A stretch of DNA of 64,000 nt from an uncultured Thermococci archaeon (GTDB taxonomy: Archaea; Methanobacteriota_B; Thermococci; Methanofastidiosales; B48-G16), in NCBI GenBank assembly GCA_964595645.1, contig CAZQQT010000001.1, positions 64,001 through 128,000 on the forward strand, read 5' to 3'. This document shows, one piece after another, positions 37,631-48,410 of this stretch (its first letter is position 1; each line of letters opens with the position of its first letter). A program made the translations under genes and the position numbers. Below the pieces are notes generated by a model. It was not told the DNA's origin. It searched no databases and was given only the letters and a program-made list of their open reading frames with translations.

Positions 37631-39532
37631 ATGGCGTTGAAGGCCAAATCTATACTAAGAAAATTAAGAAAAAAGAAAAAATCTTCGAAGAAAGAATCCA
37701 AAAAATCTAGTTACGATAAATTTAAGGAGAAGAAGGAATACGATAAGATTAAAAAATATGCAGAAGAATACGGCCCCCTACCCGGTGAATCAAAGGAAAC
37801 AAGAATAAATATGGGCGATGGGAGAAAATCTGGAGAGTCAGAGGAGCCACAATCTTCCCAACGTGATTCCTCTCCTCGAGAAGAGAGTTCCCAGAAGCGG
37901 GTGCGTGCTGGAGATGCCACATTTGTTATTGAAGGCCCAGTAACCTTTGAGGGAGGTGTCATCCCCTCAATGGAGGAAGAAAAGAAGATTTTGAAAAAAG
38001 AAGACGATGTCCTGGCGATTCCGGACGAATGGAAAACAATGGATTATACCGGTCACGACGAACGGTATGCGCTCCAGGAAAACAAAAGTTTTGCACACAT
38101 CTACTGGGATAAGGAGAACGAAGTATTGCAGTATGATGTGATCGAGCCTAAAATGAGCAGTGATGAGGAGAAGTCCCTGATCAGAATTGAAGGGATCCTT
38201 GGCGAGGAACTGGAAGCGGATTTCCAGAAACTCGGTGAAAGTGAAGAGCTTGTAGCGTATATACGGACAAAAGTTAGGGAAGTCTGTAGTGAGCTGGGAA
38301 TCAAACTCTCGAAGGAGAGTTTCGAGAAGGTAATGTACTATATCACCAGAGATTATATCGGGCTAGGAAAAATTGAGCCCCTTCTTCACGATATTCACAT
38401 TGAGGATATCAGCTGTGACGGTACCGGAATTCCCGTCTACGTAGTGCACAATAAGTACGGCAGCTTGCCGACCAATATCTCCTTTAACTCTGATGATGAG
38501 CTGAACGGTCTCGTAATCAAAATGGCACAGCGATCGAACAGACATATCTCTGTATCCAGCCCCCTCCTCGATGGGAGACTTCCCGATGGAAGCCGAGTAC
38601 AGGCGACCTTTTCACGAGAAGTCACACAACACGGACCCACGTTCACGATACGAAAGTTCCAGACAGAACCCATGACCCCCACCATGCTCATCAACTACAA
38701 ATCATGTCCACCGCGACTCTTTGGCTACATGTGGCTCGCCCTTGAGCACTCGTATACTGCATCCACCCTTGTGTCAGGTGGTACTGCGACGGGAAAAACA
38801 TCAATGTTAAATGCGCTTTCTCTCTTTCTCCCATCCACCGCAAAAATTGTGACAATAGAGGACACGCAGGAGCTCAACCTCCCCCACGAACACTGGATCC
38901 CCTCAGTTACAAGAACGGGATTTGGTGGAATGGATGTGTCCGGAAAAAAACAGGGAGAGGTTACCATGTTCGAGCTGCTGAGGGCAGCACTTCGACAGCG
39001 GCCTGATTACCTTGTGGTGGGAGAGATCCGAGGTGAAGAGGCGAACGTGATGTTCACCGGTATGGCGACAGGCCACCCTGGAATGGGAACAATCCACGCC
39101 GATTCCATGGAAGCACTGATCAACAGGCTCACCACACGGCCGATAGAACTTTCACCTGCGCTACTGCAGTCTCTGAGCGTCGTCGTCCTTCTCACCCACG
39201 CAAAAAAAGGAGGAAAGACGATACGACGAACGAAGGAGATCATGGAGATCACCGGTGTCGATCTGAAGGCTGGAGAACCGATCTACCAGAAGGTGTTCGA
39301 ATGGAGCCCCTCCGAGGATACCTTTAAGTTCGTGGCGAGGGAATCAAATGTGGTGAAACGAATCGCGCTCTCCCGTGGAATGGAACAGGAAGAGGTATGG
39401 GAGGAAATCAACAGACGGAGCAAAGTGCTCACATGGATGGCATCGAATAATATTGTGCACTATAAAGATGTGGGCAGAATAATTCAGGCTTACTCACGAA
39501 ATCCAGATAAAATATTAGATAGAATAAAGTGA
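37631..39532 (+). CDS. Type II/IV secretion / pilus assembly ATPase (PilB/FlaI/TadA family)
   Basis: IEDISCDG, LPDGSRVQ, FTIRKF, Walker A GGTATGKT, IEDTQEL, ALRQRPD, GEIRGEE, GHPGMGTIHA. Confidence 0.95.
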   Translation: MALKAKSILRKLRKKKKSSKKESKKSSYDKFKEKKEYDKIKKYAEEYGPLPGESKETRINMGDGRKSGESEEPQSSQRDSSPREESSQKRVRAGDATFVIEGPVTFEGGVIPSMEEEKKILKKEDDVLAIPDEWKTMDYTGHDERYALQENKSFAHIYWDKENEVLQYDVIEPKMSSDEEKSLIRIEGILGEELEADFQKLGESEELVAYIRTKVREVCSELGIKLSKESFEKVMYYITRDYIGLGKIEPLLHDIHIEDISCDGTGIPVYVVHNKYGSLPTNISFNSDDELNGLVIKMAQRSNRHISVSSPLLDGRLPDGSRVQATFSREVTQHGPTFTIRKFQTEPMTPTMLINYKSCPPRLFGYMWLALEHSYTASTLVSGGTATGKTSMLNALSLFLPSTAKIVTIEDTQELNLPHEHWIPSVTRTGFGGMDVSGKKQGEVTMFELLRAALRQRPDYLVVGEIRGEEANVMFTGMATGHPGMGTIHADSMEALINRLTTRPIELSPALLQSLSVVVLLTHAKKGGKTIRRTKEIMEITGVDLKAGEPIYQKVFEWSPSEDTFKFVARESNVVKRIALSRGMEQEEVWEEINRRSKVLTWMASNNIVHYKDVGRIIQAYSRNPDKILDRIK

Positions 39533-39536
39533 GCGT

Positions 39537-40436
39537 ATGGCGGATGAAAAAGGCACCCTTGTGAGGTATGGAAAGTTTTCCCACAGGCTGTTACATGGGT
39601 TTGTGCAACCGATGTTAAAGTACTTTGAAGACCTCTCTCCGTACTTACGGAAGGCCGATATCTCCATGAATCTCGGTGCGTATGTATCTGCAATGATAAT
39701 GAGCTCTCTCATTGTGTTTGGCGTGGTGTTTTTCCTCTTCGTCTTTTTTTATCCAATATTCTCAACAATTTCTATTTTTGAACAGGTTTCTTATTCAATG
39801 TTTACTGGTTTAGTATCTATTTTCTCTTTAATAGGAATTTTCTTCTTTTTTTGGCTCTACCCATCGTTTAAAACCTCTGAGCGGAAGAGAAAGATCGAAA
39901 ACGGGCTTCCCGCCGCAGTGGATACCATGGCGACGATTGCGAGTACTGGTGTGCCCCCCGCAGTGATCTTCTGGTCTCTCGTGGAGTACCGAAGACACGG
40001 AGAAATCTCGCGGGAAGCGGAGAAACTGTTGAACGATCTCGAGCTCTTCGGGCTCGATCTCGTCTCGGCACTTCAGCGGGCCGCCATGCGCTCTCCGTCC
40101 CCTTCATTGAGCGAGATGTTCTGGAAAATGATTGCCACTATACGAACGGGCGGTGATCTGAAGGAGTACCTCTACGTGGAGGGAACGAAGCTCAGAGAGC
40201 GACAGAGGAGACAGATAGAGGAGTCGATCGATACCCTCGGGATGGTGGCAGAGCTATATGTGACAGCGCTGGTACTCGGTCCTGTCTTTATCATTATTAT
40301 GGTGAGTATTATGGGGCTTATGGGCACAGGAACGGAGACGCTGACGATGCTTCTGCAGGCGCTCATCTATATAGGATTACCCGTAGGTTACGCACTGATC
40401 CTTATTATCATCGATCAGGTCCAGCCGGAGGTGTAA
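39537..40436 (+). CDS. TadC/PilC-type (T2SSF domain) membrane platform protein
   Basis: RKRKIENGLP, MATIASTG, GLDLVSAL..RSPS, IRTGGDL. Confidence 0.9.
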   Translation: MADEKGTLVRYGKFSHRLLHGFVQPMLKYFEDLSPYLRKADISMNLGAYVSAMIMSSLIVFGVVFFLFVFFYPIFSTISIFEQVSYSMFTGLVSIFSLIGIFFFFWLYPSFKTSERKRKIENGLPAAVDTMATIASTGVPPAVIFWSLVEYRRHGEISREAEKLLNDLELFGLDLVSALQRAAMRSPSPSLSEMFWKMIATIRTGGDLKEYLYVEGTKLRERQRRQIEESIDTLGMVAELYVTALVLGPVFIIIMVSIMGLMGTGTETLTMLLQALIYIGLPVGYALILIIIDQVQPEV

Positions 40437-40440
40437 GCTC

Positions 40441-41253
40441 ATGAACAAAATGAACTATGTGTTTTTTGGCGTCAGTGGAATTCTCGGTGTGATTGTGTTT
40501 CTTGTGGGATTCCTGTATTTTCGGGACTCGATGTTTTTCTCAGGGTTCCTGCTCGCGGCATTTTTCCTGATCTTCGGACCGTATCTTATCTACAAGTTCA
40601 GAGAGCAGGCATGGATATCAGAGATAGAGGATCAGTTCCCAGATTTCCTTCGAGCGCTGGCGGAGGCCCAGCGGGCGGGCATGACGCTCCCACAGGCCGT
40701 CTATATGGCACGAAGTGACGATTACGGAAGGTTGAGTCCGGAAATCAAGAAGATGGCTGCCCAGATTTCGTGGGGTCTTTCATTTAGCGATGTACTCTCA
40801 CAGTTTGCAGAGCGGTCCAAAAGTGGAAAGGTGCAGTCAACGGTCTCGCTCATTATCGTGGCGCACCATGCCGGTGGTGATATCGTCCAGATTCTCGAGG
40901 CGGCATCGGACTCTGCGAGAGAACGGCAATCCTTGGCAAAGGAACAGGCCTCACAGATGCAGCAGTATGTAGGTATTATCTATATGGCGTATTTTATCTT
41001 CATTGGTGTTGTGTACCTGATAAAAACGCAGTTTATTGAAGTGTTCGGTGATATCACGCTCCCCATGCAGTCAGAGCCGATTCCGGTGGATATATACAAT
41101 GAACTCTTTTTTGCAATGTTGCTTATCCAGGGAGGCCTCGGTGGACTGGTGGCTGGAAAGTTCTCCTCCGGATCTATCTTCGCCGGATTGAAACATAGTA
41201 TTCTCCTAATCATAGTTGGATATCTCGCATCTGTTTTTGTACTAGGGCTGTAG
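40441..41253 (+). CDS. Second TadB/C-type (T2SSF domain) membrane platform protein
   Basis: IEDQFPDFLRALAE..AGMTL, YGRLSPEI, ISWG, AGGDI, GLVAGK..GLKH. Confidence 0.9.
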   Translation: MNKMNYVFFGVSGILGVIVFLVGFLYFRDSMFFSGFLLAAFFLIFGPYLIYKFREQAWISEIEDQFPDFLRALAEAQRAGMTLPQAVYMARSDDYGRLSPEIKKMAAQISWGLSFSDVLSQFAERSKSGKVQSTVSLIIVAHHAGGDIVQILEAASDSARERQSLAKEQASQMQQYVGIIYMAYFIFIGVVYLIKTQFIEVFGDITLPMQSEPIPVDIYNELFFAMLLIQGGLGGLVAGKFSSGSIFAGLKHSILLIIVGYLASVFVLGL

Positions 41254-41265
41254 AAATAATACCAT

Positions 41266-41279
41266 GGAAAAGTTTAAAA
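41266..41279 (+). promoter_or_regulatory. BRE/TATA promoter of the pilin operon (probably leaderless)
   Basis: GGAAAAG-TTTAAAA about 25 nt before ATG 41304; no RBS in between. Confidence 0.55.
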
Positions 41280-41303
41280 GATTAGGAAACGCTAGTTAAT
41301 ATA

Positions 41304-44300
41304 ATGAATAAAAAAGCTCAGTCAGAAGTGATCGCAGTAATGTTAATTTTAGGGATTACAGTAGCTGCTGTAGCTGTGGCGTATAGATGGGCGGCACCCC
41401 GTGTTCAGGAAAGCCAGAATAAATCACGAATCGATTCTATGATAGGATTTATGGAGGAGCTGGATAGGAAGATCCGTGAGGTTGCGAACGCTGGAGAGGG
41501 ATCACAGCGGTTTATTGATGTTGAGTTCGATAAAGGACAGATTTTGATTCATCCTCCTCCAGGAAATAACGTCATGTATCAACTTGTTTCTTATACTCTC
41601 ACACCAGCAGAGCTCCCTGCCAATAAGAATCTACCGTACGGGAGCTATCTCCGGATACGACAAAACGAGGAAAATCAGGATATCATCGAAGTAGTGTTAG
41701 AGTATACAGATGTGGAGCTAGAGGCCGAAGTTCCGGAAGCAGAGGAGGTAGTACTATCCCCAATGCGATACACTATTTACATACGAAATATGGGAGGAAA
41801 CGTCGTGAGGCTCAGCCGAGAACCGGCGTATATTGGGACGACAGAACGGTTTCTGTTGAGCGGCTATGTCTATGATAACTCGGGAGATGAGGGTATACAG
41901 CTTTCTCCAGACGCCGATGGCGATTATATCAAGGATGAGGAGAACGAGATCATCCCTAATGCGGAGATCTTACTTCTCGATTCGCAGGGAAATGTCGTAA
42001 CCTCGACGCGAAGCAACTCCCACGGAAAGTATGCGCTGTTACTGCAGCGGCGGCTTACTGCGGAAGCTGGGCAGTACTACTTTGTGGTGAGTAAAAGTTC
42101 CTACGTAATGAAAGAGTGGGATGGCTCAGTGGAAAATGTCAAGTGTGAGAAGTATACGAAGGATTTCGATTCAACGTCTCCCGAGGGCTGGGATTTCAGT
42201 GTGAGCCCGTATGAAGATAGAGACGAGATCAGAATAGATTTTCCGCTCTACAAGGTTGAGCCACCAGACGTGCTGGAAAACGCGCCGATAGCGATAATCG
42301 TCGATCATCAAATAACAGAAAATAAAGGAATTGTTTATGATATCCGCGATGCACTGGACAATGATGAAAATACGCACTGCGGGAAGTTTATCGTGTATGG
42401 AAATGTTTCAAACCCAGATCAAACAGTAGCTGGGGAGTACTTCCAGTATCCCGGTACGAGTGATCCAATCTACGCGTATCCGCTGGAGTGGCTGTTAGAC
42501 CCCGATGAAGCGAGAGGAGTCGATGAGTACGGGTGGGGAGACGCCGATCTCAACGACAGGTTTACCCAAGTAGCTTCTATCGGTGGAGAGGAGGACAAGA
42601 TTGACTACCATGATTTCTCGTTGATAGTAGTAGGTACAGGCGCCATTCAGCAGAGTGGGCTACTTACCACACTCCAAACATACCGGGATACCTTCACCAA
42701 CTTCGTGTCGTTAGGGCGATTCACACTGAACGGTATTGAGTACGCCCGAGGATTAGTAGTTTTCCCACAGATACAGGGTTATGGATCGTATGATCCACTC
42801 TTGTACTACTATGATGGTACAAAGAGACCTACAGGCTCATATACGTACGACGATGGAGTAGAGGTAACCGATGAAACGATGGAGTCTATGCACAATGACG
42901 GGGAGGTCGATGAGAACTTCTTTTTGCAGGATGCGATGGGCCATGATGACGAACGGTACGGCAGTGAAGAAGCGTATTCATGGCTACCGCAGTTTATGGG
43001 GGAGGATTTAAGGCTTACTTCCTTCACCGGCGTGACAAACTCCCAGGGAATTACTATTGCTACTCTTACATCATTCTCAACGCCACAGGACGTGGTACTT
43101 CAGGCTACGGCACAGGGTGCATCTGTGCAGACCTCCATTGAGTTCTTCAGGAGAATCACCGTGGAGACACGCCATACGACTCTCGGAGCGAATGGGGCGG
43201 ATGAAACAACCATTACTGCCACGGTACGGGATGAGAACGGAGTGTTAATGGACTCGGAAAACGTTACATTCACTACTGATGCAGGAACGTTTGCGGAGAA
43301 CCCTGGAAATCAAACATACTCTCTTACTACTGATAGCGATGGAGTTGCGACAGCGACACTGGTCGCTGGCTCCAGTGCTACAACAGCTACTGTACAATGT
43401 GAACTTGACGCAGATTCGAGTGTGTATGGGACTTTGGAAGTTGATTTTGATACAGGAATCACATTCAGACTTACCGAGGAGGATGATAATGGCGATGGCA
43501 CATTCAATGATAGTGGCGATTACTTTGATTACAAACTTGCAGCTGATGGATCCTCCCAAGCGAAATTTACTGCCGCTGTTGTAGCACCAAGCCTAGTAAA
43601 CCCGATATCAGGACAAAAAGTTTATTTTTACACGGATCACGGATCATTAAGTAGTAGTACAGCCACTGCAGATGCGAACGGAAACTGTGAGGTAACACTC
43701 ACCTCAGATGCTCAGCCGAGGAAGGATAATACCGTGATGGCCGAGATCAAACTCTACGATAACGGAGAATGTGTGTACAGTGATGAAGATGCCAATAATG
43801 AAGTAAGTGCTGGTGATATACGGCTCGATTCAAACTGTGGCGATGTGAATTCGACTGTGACAAGTGGTGATTCAGACATCGGGAATGAACTCACAGAATT
43901 TAACTTCTACGAGAAATACTACGACGATGATGGCAGTGGAAATTATACTTCAGCTGATACAGTGTATAGAGATACCAATGATGATGGCGATGTTGATGCA
44001 GGAGATTACAGAATCACGTATTACCATCAGGGAGGAGCGGATGAAGAAGCTCCTGGAGAGGTGCAGGCAGGAGATAATGACGTTGGAAACGTGCTTACAG
44101 CCTTTGCGTCTGAGGAAAAATTTGTTAACTCCACGATCAACTACCAGAAAACGGTGGATATAGATTTTGTCGGTACACACGCCTATACTACTCTCACTTC
44201 GGATCTCGGCGAGATACCGCTCACGCGGCTTGGAGACACTCCGATTGTTGCATTTACAGAGCTCACCGCAACGGTTTACGACTCTCAGGGGACGGCGATC

Positions 44301-45395
44301 CCCGCGTATATCGAGTCCAATGAGCTTACCTTCTCCACGACCTTGGGTCATTTCCCGTACTCCCAGGATAAAGACGGAGATTCCAGTAATGGCTGGCAGA
44401 GGGATACGGATAACGAAGGAAAAGCCACTATTATTCTGTATTCCTATGAGGATGATAACGATGTGATCGATGGGAGTGCCGGAGAAGAGGCAGTATCAGG
44501 GACGGCTACCGTCTACGAGAAGATCACTGGAGAACCGGACAGCACCAAACGGCATACCAGCGTTGATTTCGTCTCTGGGATCTGTTTCCCCTCCTGCCCC
44601 TCGATATTTGAGATAGAAAACAGCACGTCAATCAGCACACAGGTTTATGACAGTGAGGGGGAAGGCATTCCCGGTGTAAAGGTTACCTACTCCCTCGATC
44701 CGGAATCTGCAGGAAGTGTGGTACCCGATGAGAGTAATAAGCGATACAACTTCTACGAGGTTCATAGGACGAGAGGAGGAGTGTACGCATTTTATTATCT
44801 CGACTTTTGGTGGTGGGGGATAGAAGGTGAAGGTATCGATACATTCGAGGAGGGAAATATTCTGTACGATCACGAGGGGGCTCATGGGGAATATTCAGTA
44901 GATGTGTGGGTAAAGAAAACCTTTGACTACGATGCCACCAACTCGAAGATCACTGGATATACTGGTAGCGAGATCTTCTCAGATTTTGCCAGTTACGAGA
45001 TGGATCTCGATGTCCATGGACTATTCGATATCACCGATACCGGATGGGAAAACTTTGATGTCGCGATGATAGAGAAGGATCTTCCGAGAAAAACTCATAA
45101 AACCACATATCTTACCATATATACAGCAGAATATATAGTCTACGAGATACAGGGGGGTCCCACCATGCTCATCAAGGAAAATAGGGACGAATATAATGAA
45201 ATGGTGCAGAATGTCATACTTACTACCATCGATTTTGATAGGTATGGGAATAACTACGGACAGCATGACGGCGATTCTACTACGTTAGAGACAGACGGAA
45301 ACTTCCACACGGATGTCCCCGGGCAACGATCAAACGCGATAGAGATAGAGAAAAACATGGTTCTGTACGCTATTGGTCATGAAGAACTCATCTAA
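41304..45395 (+). CDS. Giant class III prepilin-like adhesin (1363 aa) with invasin/Big-1 Ig repeats and Ca-binding loops
   Basis: MNKKA/QSEVIAVMLILGI signal; ANGADETTITATVRDENG..VTFTTDAG..TTDSDGVATATL repeats; DxDxDG-type loops. Confidence 0.8.
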   Translation: MNKKAQSEVIAVMLILGITVAAVAVAYRWAAPRVQESQNKSRIDSMIGFMEELDRKIREVANAGEGSQRFIDVEFDKGQILIHPPPGNNVMYQLVSYTLTPAELPANKNLPYGSYLRIRQNEENQDIIEVVLEYTDVELEAEVPEAEEVVLSPMRYTIYIRNMGGNVVRLSREPAYIGTTERFLLSGYVYDNSGDEGIQLSPDADGDYIKDEENEIIPNAEILLLDSQGNVVTSTRSNSHGKYALLLQRRLTAEAGQYYFVVSKSSYVMKEWDGSVENVKCEKYTKDFDSTSPEGWDFSVSPYEDRDEIRIDFPLYKVEPPDVLENAPIAIIVDHQITENKGIVYDIRDALDNDENTHCGKFIVYGNVSNPDQTVAGEYFQYPGTSDPIYAYPLEWLLDPDEARGVDEYGWGDADLNDRFTQVASIGGEEDKIDYHDFSLIVVGTGAIQQSGLLTTLQTYRDTFTNFVSLGRFTLNGIEYARGLVVFPQIQGYGSYDPLLYYYDGTKRPTGSYTYDDGVEVTDETMESMHNDGEVDENFFLQDAMGHDDERYGSEEAYSWLPQFMGEDLRLTSFTGVTNSQGITIATLTSFSTPQDVVLQATAQGASVQTSIEFFRRITVETRHTTLGANGADETTITATVRDENGVLMDSENVTFTTDAGTFAENPGNQTYSLTTDSDGVATATLVAGSSATTATVQCELDADSSVYGTLEVDFDTGITFRLTEEDDNGDGTFNDSGDYFDYKLAADGSSQAKFTAAVVAPSLVNPISGQKVYFYTDHGSLSSSTATADANGNCEVTLTSDAQPRKDNTVMAEIKLYDNGECVYSDEDANNEVSAGDIRLDSNCGDVNSTVTSGDSDIGNELTEFNFYEKYYDDDGSGNYTSADTVYRDTNDDGDVDAGDYRITYYHQGGADEEAPGEVQAGDNDVGNVLTAFASEEKFVNSTINYQKTVDIDFVGTHAYTTLTSDLGEIPLTRLGDTPIVAFTELTATVYDSQGTAIPAYIESNELTFSTTLGHFPYSQDKDGDSSNGWQRDTDNEGKATIILYSYEDDNDVIDGSAGEEAVSGTATVYEKITGEPDSTKRHTSVDFVSGICFPSCPSIFEIENSTSISTQVYDSEGEGIPGVKVTYSLDPESAGSVVPDESNKRYNFYEVHRTRGGVYAFYYLDFWWWGIEGEGIDTFEEGNILYDHEGAHGEYSVDVWVKKTFDYDATNSKITGYTGSEIFSDFASYEMDLDVHGLFDITDTGWENFDVAMIEKDLPRKTHKTTYLTIYTAEYIVYEIQGGPTMLIKENRDEYNEMVQNVILTTIDFDRYGNNYGQHDGDSTTLETDGNFHTDVPGQRSNAIEIEKNMVLYAIGHEELI

Positions 45396-45404
45396 GGTGA
45401 CTAT

Positions 45405-48400
45405 ATGGGTAGAGGTCAATCAGAAGTAATCAAGGCATTGTTGCTTTTAGGAGTGATGGTAGCTGTAATGATCTCGTATATTGGGATGACCTCTAACTTT
45501 ACATCTTCCTACGAAGAAGAACTTGTGACCCGATCCTTCAGAAATCTAGCAGAGTATATCATTCAAACCGTACATCAAAACAGTGCTGCACTTGGAGGCT
45601 CGCCCGCAGCCTCCGAAAACGTGGAGTATGTTGTCGTGAATCTCGATCTTCCAAAACAAGTAGGAAATCACTACTACACAGTGAAAGCATCAGGTGATAA
45701 GCTCACAATTTACGCGAATGATGATCATGATCTTCGCGTGGAGTATCCGCAGGAAGGAATAAAAGGATTCTCCATCACAGGGCAGATTGCAAGTATCTCT
45801 GAGAACTTTTACATGAGCATCGGCAACAAAGAGAAAAAGGCGAGTCTGTTTTCCTCGAAAATCCTCTATTCTGGGGAGGTAAGTCCTGGAATAGGGGGTA
45901 CCGAGACCTTGTTTAGGTACACAGTAATATTCCAGAACTCAAAAAACGAAGCTCCTGACAATGTATATGTATACATAAACGATAACGCTGAGAACGAGCA
46001 GGATATGGTACAGCATTCAATGAGTAAGGTAACACAAAGTATGTACTCGGAGGATCTAAGAGACGGTGATTTCACCAATGGGGAGCTCTACTACTACGAT
46101 GTGACACTCTCGGAAATACGCGAGTACAGATATTATTTTGAGTGTGAATACGACAACAAAACAGATACATTTCCTGTTGGTGAAATTTCAGGACCGGAAA
46201 TACCTGTCAATATAAGTTTGAGATCGGATAAGGAAGTGATAGAGGCAGGTACAGAAACAGCCACATTAAATTTGAAGATTACGGATAAAGATGGAAATGC
46301 AATTTCAGGTCTCGATGTGAAGTTCACCGCTACTTTTGGACGGTTTAGCAATGGTGATAACGAACATACAGTTTCTACTGATACAAATGGGGAAGCTACA
46401 GATGAATTTAAAAGCAACGTTACTGGAATAGCACAGATTGAAGCAGAGGTACAGGGGGAGAAAGAAAGCGTAGAGATCATCGTTCACGGAGAAATGGATT
46501 ACATTGTGATAGAGTTCTACGACGGGACTCCTGTGGGCGATATCTCTCTCCGCGTCGGAGAACGTACTACCTTCTACGCCAGGGGTTACGATGCTTCTGG
46601 ACTTCTGGTGGGCGATGTTGAGGCGAATTGGAGTTCCTCTGGCACGCTGGAGGAAATAAGTGAACAAGGGACCTCACTGGAGTTTATTCCTACTACAGAA
46701 GGCGAAGGAAAGATCTACGCCACCTACACAGTTGATCCCAGTATAGAGGACAGTACTGGCACGATCAACGTCTACGGAAGTATCTACGAAATACGGATTG
46801 TCGATGATACGGCCAGCGATGAGAGTGTGGGGAATATCTCCATGACTACTGCAGATACACTCACACTCTATGCAAAGGGGTACGATGCCGAAGGGAATTT
46901 TGTGAGTTTTGTGAAAGTTGACTGGAACCGCTCCTCTGGCAATTTGGACGATCTCAACTCCCCCACTACAAGTACCACCTCTGTGACATTCGAACCGCAC
47001 ACGGCCCATACCAGCGGTGTGATCCAAGCGACGAAGGGATCCTATCAGAAGTTCACCGGAACGATCACAGTCAGCCATGATCCAGATGTGAACGCTATAG
47101 AAATTTATGACAATAGTGGAAGAGTTTCGAGTCCATGGACTCCCGAGAAAAATACAGAACACGAACTATATGCCAAAGGCGTAAGTACCTCAAACAGCGA
47201 TGACCCCATAGAAGATGTTTATGTGACATGGAGCGTTACTGGTGATATAGGTACCGTGGATCCTTCAGAAGGAGCACAAACCACGTATAGTACGGGAGAT
47301 AATGCTGATAACACAGGAACGATTGAAATTGACTGCGGGTGTTATACCGACTCTGTGAACGTCGAGGTGCAGTCCTCTTGTCCATTTATATATTCCTATT
47401 ACAATAATAGTTGGCATTACGAACACGAGTCTTACCCCTTCGCTATCGCACAGTCTTTGGAGTACACCTCCTACGAAGTGATAGATCATCCTGCAACGCA
47501 TTTCAGGCTCAGTGAAGAACGGGACGAAGTTTCGTACACCGATCAAATATACCTCATGGAGGTGGAAGAGCACGTGTATCCGGATATCCATGGAGATCTC
47601 CATCGAATCAACGAGAGGATCCTTCCCACTGCCGCATATTCAGAAGAAGAAAACGTCCTAAATACACTACAGAAAAAGGATTCTAAGTACTGGATACAGG
47701 GGAGTAATCCGGATTTCAGCGACTCACTAATCATGGAATTTGATAACGTGAAAAAAGGAGAGGCAAAGCTGTTTTTGACGATACGAGAAGCAGAGAGGGG
47801 CGTGTATCTCCTCCGATCTACCCATGAGCACATGGGAATCAACAACATGGGGACCTTTTACAGATTTGTTGAAGATATACCCCTCACCAGATCGCTCTTC
47901 GTTCAGACAGTGAGACGGGAGTTTTTCATCCATGTAGACGTGTGGAATGGAAAGAAATGGGTGCGACAGGGAGAGTTCGGTGTAGGAAGAGAGAGTTTCA
48001 TTGATACTGTAATTCCTGTAGAATTGTATTCATCCAATGCAAAAATTAGACTTTCTACAGGTTCGGGTGCCTACGAGATAGATTACGCGTGTATAGATAC
48101 CACCAAAGATGGAAATATCGATTATCGTATAGTAAAGCCGATTGCAGCAAAAAAAGATGGAAAAAATGTACTTCCACTAATATCAAGGAGCGATGATACC
48201 TATCTCCAGATGTTTAGGGGAGATTTGGTGGATCTTCGCTTCGACATAGAGAAAGACCGCAACTACATCGTTGCTGTGGAGGGATACTACCACCCCTTCT
48301 TTGGAGAAACCTACGTGAGTAAAACTGAGTTCATGAAACGGTTCGTTGATTTCCTGAGAGGTATCACGGAGAGGGGATTTGTTGGAGAATTATTCGAGGG

Positions 48401-48410
48401 TGAAGAATGA
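45405..48410 (+). CDS. Giant class III prepilin-like protein (1001 aa) with Ig-like repeats and a C-terminal SCPFIY domain
   Basis: MGRG/QSEVIKALLLLGV signal; LDLPKQVGNHYYTV pilin-like head; Big-1-like repeat; YA(R/K)GYDAxG repeats. Confidence 0.8.
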   Translation: MGRGQSEVIKALLLLGVMVAVMISYIGMTSNFTSSYEEELVTRSFRNLAEYIIQTVHQNSAALGGSPAASENVEYVVVNLDLPKQVGNHYYTVKASGDKLTIYANDDHDLRVEYPQEGIKGFSITGQIASISENFYMSIGNKEKKASLFSSKILYSGEVSPGIGGTETLFRYTVIFQNSKNEAPDNVYVYINDNAENEQDMVQHSMSKVTQSMYSEDLRDGDFTNGELYYYDVTLSEIREYRYYFECEYDNKTDTFPVGEISGPEIPVNISLRSDKEVIEAGTETATLNLKITDKDGNAISGLDVKFTATFGRFSNGDNEHTVSTDTNGEATDEFKSNVTGIAQIEAEVQGEKESVEIIVHGEMDYIVIEFYDGTPVGDISLRVGERTTFYARGYDASGLLVGDVEANWSSSGTLEEISEQGTSLEFIPTTEGEGKIYATYTVDPSIEDSTGTINVYGSIYEIRIVDDTASDESVGNISMTTADTLTLYAKGYDAEGNFVSFVKVDWNRSSGNLDDLNSPTTSTTSVTFEPHTAHTSGVIQATKGSYQKFTGTITVSHDPDVNAIEIYDNSGRVSSPWTPEKNTEHELYAKGVSTSNSDDPIEDVYVTWSVTGDIGTVDPSEGAQTTYSTGDNADNTGTIEIDCGCYTDSVNVEVQSSCPFIYSYYNNSWHYEHESYPFAIAQSLEYTSYEVIDHPATHFRLSEERDEVSYTDQIYLMEVEEHVYPDIHGDLHRINERILPTAAYSEEENVLNTLQKKDSKYWIQGSNPDFSDSLIMEFDNVKKGEAKLFLTIREAERGVYLLRSTHEHMGINNMGTFYRFVEDIPLTRSLFVQTVRREFFIHVDVWNGKKWVRQGEFGVGRESFIDTVIPVELYSSNAKIRLSTGSGAYEIDYACIDTTKDGNIDYRIVKPIAAKKDGKNVLPLISRSDDTYLQMFRGDLVDLRFDIEKDRNYIVAVEGYYHPFFGETYVSKTEFMKRFVDFLRGITERGFVGELFEGEE

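Noticed and set aside
37631-41253. Archaellum (fla/arl) operon
   Set aside because: No archaellins, FlaH, FlaF/G or chemotaxis genes; two short platform genes instead of one FlaJ
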